DNA of 64,000 nucleotides. It comes from Macrostomum hystrix (taxonomy: Eukaryota; Animalia; Platyhelminthes). Shown one piece after another: positions 1-9,568 of the stretch. Under the pieces are notes generated by a model. It saw only the letters and a list, made by a program, of their open reading frames with translations, did not search any database and had not been told where the DNA came from. The stretch lies in assembly GCA_950097015.1 (NCBI GenBank), contig CATNEN010000038.1, forward strand, positions 20,088,001 to 20,152,000. Direction: 5' to 3'. Numbering within the stretch: position 1 is the first letter of the stretch; each line of letters starts with the position of its first letter. Both the position numbers and the translations under genes were made by a program.

Positions 1-138
1 TTAGTCTCATCTCTCCTTAGTCTCATCTCTCCTTAGTCTCATCTCTCCACTGTCTCATTTTTCTACAGTTAATGCGGCCCGCTGTCGTCTTTTAGGTTCT
101 CTCATTGGTTCGCTAGCTATTAGGTTTGAAGACCCCTG
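1..138 (-). mobile_element. hAT/Charlie-type MITE end with internal minisatellite (same family as 28118-28552), truncated by the window edge
   Basis: 65-138 is the reverse complement of the left arm of the 28118 element (AATGCGGCCCGCTGTCGTCTTTTAGGTT...GACCCCTG); 1-56 are TTAGTCTCATCTCTCC repeats. Confidence 0.8.
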
Positions 139-181
139 GTGCAGATAAAGAATTATTCAACAATGAAAGCCGGCAACTCAC

Positions 182-3100
182 TTTAATAATCTCCAGATGG
201 CCCTGATGACAAGCCACCATGAGTCCTGTCTTGCCATTGAGTCTGGCATCGACAATAGCTGGATTGCGAGTCAGCAACTGACGTACCCGTTCGGCATTGC
301 CCTGAGACACTTCGGCTATAAATGCTCGACCGCTGCCACCGACTGCGTCTGCCGTATTAGTCGACGCTGAAGAAGTGGACGCCGCGGCAGACGAAGCTGA
401 CGCTACGGTTGAATCAGCCGATGCTGTCAATTCAATAAGTTTCTGCACCAGGGCATTCAACGGGGCGCCAATATCGTGCGAGGCCATGCGATTATTGGCG
501 GCTGTCTCGGCACTCTGCTGCAGACGGACCAGCACTGAGGGATCCATTCTAGCTGTGCGATTGTCGCCAGTGACAACCAGTGCGCTGCAGCTGGCATCGC
601 CATTTTGAATAGAACGAACCTGAGCACAGGGTTCAGAAATGAGAATCCAGTTGTAGGACATTGAAAAAAATAGTGCTAAAACATGAGAATTCAGTAGACA
701 TGGCATGAGAATCCAGTAGAGATGGCATGAGAATCCAGTAGAGATGGCATGAGAATCCAGTAGAGATGGCATGAGAATCCAGTAGAGATGGCATGAGAAT
801 CCAGTAGAGATGGCATGAGAATCCAGTAGAGATGGCATGAGAATCCAGTAGAGATGGCATGAGAATCCAGTAGAGATGGCATGAGAATCCAGTTGAGATG
901 GCATGGGAATCCAGTAGAGATGGCATGGGAATCCAGTAGAGATGGCATGAGAATCCAGTAGAGATGGCATGAGAATCTAGTAGAGATGGCATGAGAATCC
1001 AGTTGAGATGGCATGAGAATCCAGTAGAGATGGCATGAGAATCCAGTAGAGATGGCATGAGAATCCAGTAGAGATGGCATGAGAATCCAGTTGAGATGGC
1101 ATGAGAATCCAGTAGAAATGGCATGAGAATGCAGTTGAGATGGCATGAGAGTTCAGTTGAGATGGCATGAGAATCCAGTAGAGAGGGCATGAGAATCCAG
1201 TCGAGCTTACCTTAACCAGGCTGCCAGCCAGGCCTCTGTGCCACTCCTGCCAGGGCTCCGCGAGGCAGCGCCGCAGTTCAGTTTCGTCGTCGAGCACCCT
1301 GACGAGTTGCCCTGGTCGCAGGCTGGCTAGCTGGCCGCCAACTCGTTCCAGAGCGTCAGGATTCAGTGTCCAACGCTGCGCGTGACCCGACTCGAACTGA
1401 ACGCGAACGTCGCCTCGCTCCGTGATCCGATGAACCCGGCCGCAATGGCCAACAAGTTCCGACATCTTGTCATTCCAACCGCCGTGGCCCTCCTGCATAG
1501 CGCGCAGCTGAGCCTCCGGCCTGGCAACGCGAACCCGATCGCCGACTCGATAAGGACAAGCTCCGCCGGTGTCTAGTCGTTCGCCGAGTATGGGCAGATG
1601 ATCCCGATAATAGGCGCCCCAAATTGCCGGGGCCTGAAGCAGCTTAAGATCCACTTTGCCTTTGTGACCGACCTGTTGAATATTAAAACTATTGAATCAT
1701 TTCTCTGAGGACTATTAGCAGACAAATCATTATTCTCCAGTCTTCAGGTGGATCTGTCATTGCCCTCCAGTCATCAATTGTATTGGTCATTATCCTCTAT
1801 TCATCCTGAAGACCGGTAATTAGTCTCTAAGCGTTAATTACACTCTAATAATAATTGATTACGCCTGCCCCAATTCGGCCAGATGTGCAGCCGACAGCAC
1901 AGCCGCAGCTATTACGCGGCGCATCTGAAGGCTGCGTACAGCTGCTCAGTCCATGGACTGGGGGCACGCCACACCCACCCTCAATTACCCCAGCTAATTT
2001 AACATCTGGGTGAACTGAAGCAATGCAGAATTAAGTGTCTTGCTAAAGGACACAAATTGTTCCAGTGGAGTCAGGAATCGAACCCCTGACCTTCAAGTCG
2101 TGAGTCCGACGCTTAAACACTCTACACTCTAATCAATCTGTAGGCCGGTCATCAAACTCACGGGCGGGCAGTCGGGCGCAAACTCACCCTATAGACGTTG
2201 GATATGCCGGTGTCCCAGCGCACGTTGGCAACGGACCTACCGGACTCGTGCTCCCAGCCTCGAATATCCAGCACACGGCCGGGCCGGCCCTCGCCGCCGT
2301 CCTGACGGCCCCAGTCCCAGTCTGGGCCGCGGACAACTCGAGCGCCGGCGAAGATTCCGCGAGCTTCTAGTTTGACGCAGCCTTTGCGCTTGCCGACTGA
2401 CACTCTGCGGGCCGGGTTTGAGTAGAGCGTGAGCGATGTCACACCTCAATTATAATAAAAAATAACCATTCGATTACAATCTGACCCTGAGATTGTGAGA
2501 CTTATCTCACACCGAGATTGTGAAAATTACCTCACACAAGATTGCAACCATCATCTCACCCTGAGATTGCAACCATTATCTCACCCTGAAACTGCAACCA
2601 TCATCTCACCCTGAGATTACAACCATTATCTCACCATGAAACTGCAACCATCATCTCACCCTGAGATTACAACCATTATCTCACCCTGAAACTGCAACCA
2701 TCATCTCACCCTGAGATTACAACCATTATCTCACCCTGAAACTGCAACCATCATCTCACCCTGAGATTGCAACCATTATCTCACCCTGAAACTGCAACCA
2801 TCATCTCACCCTGAGATTGCAACCATTATCTCACCCTGAAACTGCAACCATCATCTCAACCTAAGATTACAACCATTATCTCACCCTGAAACTGCAACCA
2901 TCATCTCAACCTGAGATTACAACCATTATCTCACCCTGAAACTGCAACCATCATCTCACCCTGAGATTGCAACCATTATCTCACCCTGAAACTGCAACCA
3001 TCATCTCACCCTGAGATTACAACCATTATCTCACCCTGAAACTGCAACCATCATCTCACCCTGAGATTGCAACCATCGTCCCACCCTGAGATTGAAACCA

Positions 3101-5652
3101 TAGTCTCACCCTGAGATTGCAAACATCAAATCATATGAAATTTTGAAACTGAAATATACTTAATTATTATCAAATTAGTCTAAACCCAGGTCAGTAATTG
3201 TTTTCTCACCTGACACTCTTATTATAATCGAAGCGGTAAAATGCGTGTTCAAGGTTATGAGCGTCTCCATGGTAACAAGCCGAGCAGAGGCTATAATTGT
3301 CGCACTCGGAGCAAGTCCATCGAATGCCTAAAATCACTGGCTGCTGCTGCTGCTGCTGCGGACTGCGACCGGAGCTGCCGCTGCGACTAGCCGAAGCCAA
3401 GGAACCGCTGGCTACGCTGCTAACAGACGATGATCGGCGATCGCATTCGCTGCAGGACACCGTGTGCCTGATTCCTATGAAACGGAATTAGGCGCTTGCT
3501 TAGTAAAACCCTCATCATGCTACTGGCGAGTAATAGTGAAAAAACTGACTTACAAAGTTAGAAAATGTGTACGATAATAATGATTCTAGTAATTATAAAA
3601 GAAAAACTAAATGGCTGCACCTTAGCCAGGTGTTGCAACCGACAGCACAGCCGCAGCTACTGCGCGAGTCCATTAGTTAATGGACTGCAAAGAGGCATAA
3701 TTACTAACCTCTGTTACCTAAGATAATGCTATTACAAATTTAACAGTAATAAAATAATAGGCGTTCGCCTCTCGCACCAAGGTCCCTGAGTTCGACTCCG
3801 CGGCGAGGCCACATTCATTTGGGACGCAGCCGCGGAGAGAAGGCTTGTGGGCTTGTCGTGCAATTTAAGGGCCAACCTCCAAGGCACAGTGAAGGTGTAC
3901 ACTGCCTAACGATGAGAAAGTCAGGGCAGATGTACACACCTGTGTGGGTGTGTGCTCAGGAGTCAACCAAATGGGCATAATTGCCTCCTCGCTGGCTGCG
4001 GGTCCAGTGTCCTTAAATAATGTGCCGTTGCACGCAGCTTTTGCTGCAGTTAATATGCTTTTTAATCTGAGAAGTGTAGAGGAGTGAACTGCCTTGCTAG
4101 AGGACACAGAATGTTTCTGTAAGGTCGGGAATCGAACTCCCGACCTTTAACTAGGGAGTCCAAAACTCGCTATAACTATTCAGCTAGAGTCAAACCTTAC
4201 GAAAACGAAAAAAACATACATCTTTCAAGAAAAATATCCATCCGTCACGTTTTTTTAAAGAACAGGAAATATGGAAAACTAAGATATTCAAACAAACAAA
4301 ACAGCGAGAAAGGAATTTAACAGGCGACTTAAAATGACATAGAAACAGTCATGCTTGGACCCCGTTGAATGTTGCATGACATAACCTAAGACGACCCAGT
4401 AAGAAACACTGTTTCAATTTTTACCTAGGTACATTTCTATGCGCAAATTTTCTTCTTAGGGTGAGAATTTCTTCTCTCTACCAGATAATGAAAAGCATGC
4501 ACGGATTACTGTCTAATGCCAAACAGCTGAATGCTGTATCAGCAGCTGATATTGCACTTTTAAGGACATTTCCTAATTCAACCCACAAATGAAACATATA
4601 CCAAACCCTCAAACTCCAATCTCTACCCCTCACTCTCCCTCCCATCTCTACCCATCACTCTCCGTCTCATCTCTACCCCTCACTCTCCCTCCCATCTCTA
4701 CCCATCACTCTCCCTCCCGTATCTACCCCTCACTCTCCCTCCCATGTCTTCCCCTCACTCTCCCTCCCATGTCTTCCCCTCACTCTCCCTCCCATCTCTA
4801 CCCATCACTCTCCCTCCCGTATCTACCCCTCACTCTCCCTCCCATGTCTTCCCCTCACTCTCCCTCCCATGTCTTCCCCTCACTCTCCCTCCCATCTCTA
4901 CCCATCACTCTCCCTCCCATCTCTACCCTCACTCTCCGTCTCATCTCTACCCCTCACTCTCCCTCCCATATCTTCCCCTCACTCACCCTCCCATATCTTC
5001 CCCTAACTCTCCCTCGCATATCTATCCCTCACTCTCCTTCACATATGTACCCCTCACTCTCCCTCTAATCTGTATCCCTTTTCTTCTTCCCATCTCTATC
5101 CCCTTTTCTCCTTCCCATTTCCGTTTTCTCCCTCCCCTCTTTACCCCTTTATCTCTCTCCTATTTCTACCCTTGACTCTACCTCTCACTCTCTCTCATCT
5201 CTAGTTCGGATTCTCCCCGCAATGAGCTTGTACATTCTCACTATAAAAAGCAGCAACAACTTACCAATGGGCGCACTATCAAACACTCTCAAATCGTAGG
5301 CGCCCTGATATCCAACGCGATAATTGGTTCGCGAACCATTGTCCCATTGTACCACAACTGTCTTCTCCGGACTGCTGCTGCTGCTGGCCGCTGTGCCAGA
5401 TGCACCAGCAGAAGCTGAAGATGCAATCGCTGGCGAAATCATATTAGTTGATGTGCCAGACAGTTTAGTTGAACCGGTGGCACTCAAATCTGAAGAAGCG
5501 ACAGCAGCAGCGGCACTACTTATAGTAGTGCCAGCCTGGGTTGTGGTTGACTTGCCAATTTCAACCACAGTGCCAACGTAGCCTTCACCGCCGTCTTGAT
5601 CGCGCCACTTCCAGTTTGGACCGCGAACGACTCGGAGGCCAATCTCTAGCAT
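182..5652 (-). CDS. mib2: Mind bomb-2-like E3 ubiquitin ligase, 5' part (MIB/HERC2 - ZZ finger - MIB/HERC2 - MIB repeats - first ankyrin repeats); continues past the window start
   Basis: Exons 5265-5652, 3210-3474, 2188-2404, 1211-1672, 182-619, all GT-AG and phase-consistent. Motifs: [44 protein letters not shown] (MIB2-type), CSEC...[28 protein letters not shown] (ZZ), [53 protein letters not shown] (ankyrin). Confidence 0.93.
640..1200. repeat. 22-bp minisatellite filling mib2 intron 620-1210
   Basis: Unit GAGATGGCATGAGAATCCAGTA, about 25 copies. Confidence 0.97.
1870..2128 (-). mobile_element. tRNA-derived SINE, family A (CORE/V-like central domain)
   Basis: Minus strand reads an A-box-like AGTGTTTAAGCG, B-box GGTTCGATTCC, then GTGTCCTTTAGCAAGACACTTAA, resembling the conserved central SINE domain. 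Related pieces at 3612-3690, 4070-4175, 25325-25380, 44320-44475. Confidence 0.75.
2480..3120. repeat. 25-bp minisatellite organised as a 50-bp dimer, mib2 intron
   Basis: Alternating TCACCCTGAAACTGCAACCATCATC / TCACCCTGAGATTACAACCATTATC. Confidence 0.95.
3612..4175 (-). mobile_element. SINE family A copy, apparently split by a family B SINE
   Basis: Tail piece CCGACAGCACAGCCGCAGCTA near 3640 matches ~1890; head piece CTTGCTAGAGGACACA...GGAATCGAACTCCCGACC at 4090-4145 matches 2038-2092. Confidence 0.6.
3757..4045 (+). mobile_element. tRNA-derived SINE, family B
   Basis: B-box GAGTTCGACTCC near 3788; body highly similar to the reverse complement of 44558-44895; degenerate head also at ~52130-52210. 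Confidence 0.8.
4618..5070. repeat. 25-bp pyrimidine-rich minisatellite, mib2 intron 1
   Basis: Unit CTCCCTCCCATCTCTACCCCTCACT and variants. Confidence 0.93.
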
Positions 5653-8057
5653 GTTGATGGAAGTCTACTTAAACTAGTCTAGTGTCTACTCTTTGCACAT
5701 AGTCTAAGTAGTTCACTGTTTTTTACAATTTGGTTTCAAGCTGAAATTGTGGATTGCTATCAGATTAGGATCCCAATCTTTTTAAATAGCCTGCTAGAAT
5801 AAATATAGTTACAGCTGTCTGTAGCTAAATAGTATAAATAATGCCTGCATATAGCTTAAAGGCAGAAATGTTTCACGATCTGAGAACTATGTACAGCTAC
5901 CATGGATAATTATAGAGTAGCTAGGCCTAGTTAAATGTGTGAAACACCTAGCTATGTACAAAGTTGAGCTTCATATTTTATTTATTTATTTATACTTATA
6001 CTTGGAATAATAATAAAACTAGTGACTTAACACTATATTTCAAGCTAATAATTAACTATTGATGTGCATCATAACTTTTGCAAGGCTACAGTGTTTCTGC
6101 ATTCACTCAGTTCTTTTTATATTCTAAAGAACTACTAAAGTGGCATTCCCAGGTTGGCAGGTTGGGTTTGGTCATGATTGTAAGTTTTATAAGTCAAAAA
6201 GAATTGTAAAAATTAATAAGATTTATAAAAAAACTTTTTTCTTATTTCATACTCTAGATAATCATGGCTATTTGACAGGTTGGGATCCCATCCGACCCCG
6301 ACATTTAACCCACCTTGAGTGAATAAGCAATAAATGTAAGACAAGTGCATGCCAACCAGGCAGGCAACACCAAAACATGTCTAAACTTTCAGACATATAC
6401 TACAGAGTAATCACCTTTGTCTTGATTACATTAAGGCAATTTACGAGTAAATAACTTTATTTGAATATATCAATCCTTAAATATGCTTACTCCTTGGATG
6501 ATACCATTTTCTTAACAAATGTTTAAAAGTTCATTCAGTCTATATTATATAACTTTACAATCTTATAATTTTATCAAGATCAAGGTTCTAGCAAGCAACA
6601 ATGTAGACAAGATGGGCATTATTGGCAATGGCATAGAACTGTGAATTATTTAAGAAGGCTAATTTAATTTTAGAATAGGCCCTAGTCAGCATAGTACAGG
6701 TTTACACTTTTGAATAGCAGTGTTAACTTTTTAGCAAGCTATTATATAGATAAGCTAGGCCAACCATAATGTAAATTTGTTTGTTTGATAATTTTTTGCT
6801 GAAAAATGAAATTATTTTCATTAATTGCATCATTTGTTTTTAATGCAAAGCTTCTTTTCTTAATTTGAATACCTACAAAAATCAAATGGACACAAGACAT
6901 AGGTGTTCTAAAATTTGCAAAAAGCCACCCCCAGATTTACCAGAGGTGCAACAAGTATTAAACTAAGAATTGCACATAGAAAAAATGAAATGTAAAAAAA
7001 TGTGGATGTTATCTTCATTAAGTGCAACAAGCACAGCAGGCTTATTGAAAAATGTGATAGGCACACGTCCCAAAATAAGTCATTTAATCCAATAAGGCTT
7101 CTAAGCACAGAAATAACATTTTCTCAGTTCCTTAGGGCATTGAATATTTGAGATATTTGAGATATACATCCAGGAGTTGAGTTTATGGGTGCCACATCCA
7201 CATGGACATGCATGGAAACAATAGTTCAGGCCTTTAGAAAGATACTTAAATGGGTTTGTGATTATTACAATTACAATGTAGGGGCTGAAAAATGGAGTAG
7301 CACCAACAACTTTGTTATAATATAAGTTGTTGACTTTGTTAGTTATTGATAGGCAAAAAACTAGCTTATAGGCAAAAAACAGTTTAAAGCATTAAGTGTT
7401 GGAAGCATGAAAACATGATTTCTGTACCTCATGATTTCAGATTTCATTCTGTATCTAAAATCAAATTTAACCCAAAAAAATTTTTGTTAGGCCTAATTTT
7501 TTTAAACAACTGAACATGTTCAGAATTTAGGAAAAATAATTAATAAACGAAAATACATTTGTGTCACTGGGCAATATGGGTACAGACTGAGACTCCGAAG
7601 ACATTTAGAACTAGTAAAATTAGATATACTTTTTTAACAATCAGCGACAAGGGACTTTAATTTAGGTGCCTATGGGGATATCGGAGAGGTACAGCCAATG
7701 ACCAAAAATAACGCATTTTTTGCTCTCTGTATGTCGCTATGATATTATTTTCCTAGCGGCTAGCCTGCTTAGCTGTTTGAGCACACCTGCGCATTTCCCA
7801 GAAACAACGGTTTGCTTAATTCGTAATACTCGTATTTAATGTGACGCCAAATTGAAAATAAACACTAAAGCATAAAATCAGTATGTAAATAAAGGTAAAA
7901 TATTTAGAATTTATTACTATTTTAATTAATTCTTGCATGCATACAATGTCTCTTTGATATTTTTAGTTTAAGAAAATGCACATATTTGTTGTTTAGTATA
8001 AACTCGTTTTCTTATCAATAACGGGTTGCTTTTGCTGATCGTTATCCGTGCTGCACG

Positions 8058-8109
8058 CAAGGACCACTGTAGTATAACAGTAGTAGTAGTTATACTACAG
8101 TGGTCCTTG
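8058..8109. mobile_element. 52-bp palindromic micro-MITE with 8-bp TSD (P- or hAT-like)
   Basis: Perfect 21-bp inverted arms CAAGGACCACTGTAGTATAAC (8058-8078 / 8089-8109), 10-nt loop, flanked by GCTGCACG at 8050-8057 and 8110-8117. Confidence 0.8.
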
Positions 8110-9568
8110 GCTGCACGTTTGCACTATTTGCTGCACGTTATCCGTGCGGAGCAGCGCTGCCCAGAGCCCTTGCAAGATGTGCTGCTGCTTTCCCTGCAGG
8201 GACCACGGCGGTGCGGCCTGGCGAGGACACAACGTTTCGTCGACCTGCTGCTGACTGATGCCGGCATCTCCGACCCTCGCGGACTGATCCTCCTGCGCTC
8301 GCGCGCGCTTTTTGACAGCTTCCCACTCTTTGGCCTCAGCCAGGGTTGCTGTAGTTTGTTGTTGTTGTTGTTTTGCTGAGTTACAATACAATTTCTGCCT
8401 TTCATTGATCTTTAATACGTAAATTTCTTTCTTTTAATGGATAAGAGCCAGCTTTGCGCCGGTTGCACTCTTGGTGCTCGGTGGAAGCCGCGACTAATGA
8501 TCAACTAAAAGAAGTGCTACATCATGAGCCATTTATAATAATTTGGGTTAATTGTAGTGTGAACATATGGGTTATTATAGGATAAAACGTAAAAGCATGC
8601 CATTTTCTCATAAAAATATTATAACCGCGCGATAATCTGTGATTCTTATTGAAAGCACGAAACTGACTTCGTCATTATTAACGAGTGTATTTATTCTTTT
8701 TGAAAAACTTACAACAATTAGTATCGTTTATTATAACACCTTGTGATGTTAAGATACTTAAATACTTAAAGAAAAACAACTAATGACTGAGTCCATTTAA
8801 GAGAGAAGCTTGTGCCATTGATAATACAATGTCCAAATAAGCCCTTTGATATACACAGCATAAAAATAATCACAATTAACAAAGTTCATATTTTTAACGA
8901 TGTGCATTTAGAAAGTGAAAGAAAAAAACATATTCAAAATTAATATTGTTTATTGCAAAACAACTGCAAAAATGTTTGAACCTTATTAGACTAGTAGCTC
9001 GTAAGTAAATTAGCTCAGTATAATAAATATGTTATAGCATGACTTGTTAACTCAATGCTCCACTGGAATACAATTAAACAGTATAAAATTATTATCAGAC
9101 ATGCAAAAAATTCATTCTGTATCTAAAATACATCAGAAATTTACATTCAAATTTACTACATTTTGAGATAGTGAAACAATACAGGATTATTATAAATGAA
9201 TTAGTACGAAATATGGCACAACTACAAAATATATCTTGATTTTGATACATATGCCGAAAATGTACTTTTTTTGACTTCGTATTAGCTTTAGCAAGGGTTA
9301 TAGTTATCTATAATTCACATATAAACGTAATGCTACAACTCGTCACAGGTAGTGTACATTTATCCCACTGAAACTTACGCAGATCGCCTACTAAGGGATA
9401 AATATCCCAACCAATCTAAGGAGACTCTACCCCAGTTGATACACGACCTAAAAAGCAGCGTTACAGTTTAGCAGAAAAAAATGATGCAAGCAAGTAAGTC
9501 ACTACATCCTTTTAATAAATAGTTAAAGCCAGAATAAAATACTAAAAGAAGAGATTTAGTCGTTCCGT

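Noticed and set aside
2060-2128. tRNA genes at B-box motifs (also 3770-3810, 4120-4165, 25330-25375, 44830-44890)
   Set aside because: No complete cloverleaf; they are SINE heads attached to repeat bodies.
3983-3996. GCC-TCCTCGCT-GGC, identical to HDV genomic P3-L3-P3, in the SINE B tail (also ~44605-44618 minus, partial at 15982)
   Set aside because: No P1 partner followed by GG, no P2 pairing and no catalytic junction; better explained as the shared LINE/SINE 3' stem-loop.
8026-8405. GC-rich island with Cys-containing ORFs resembling a piggyBac C-terminal domain
   Set aside because: The KDHC ending comes from the 52-bp micro-MITE, there is an in-frame stop, and TIR support is only ~6 bp; origin unresolved.
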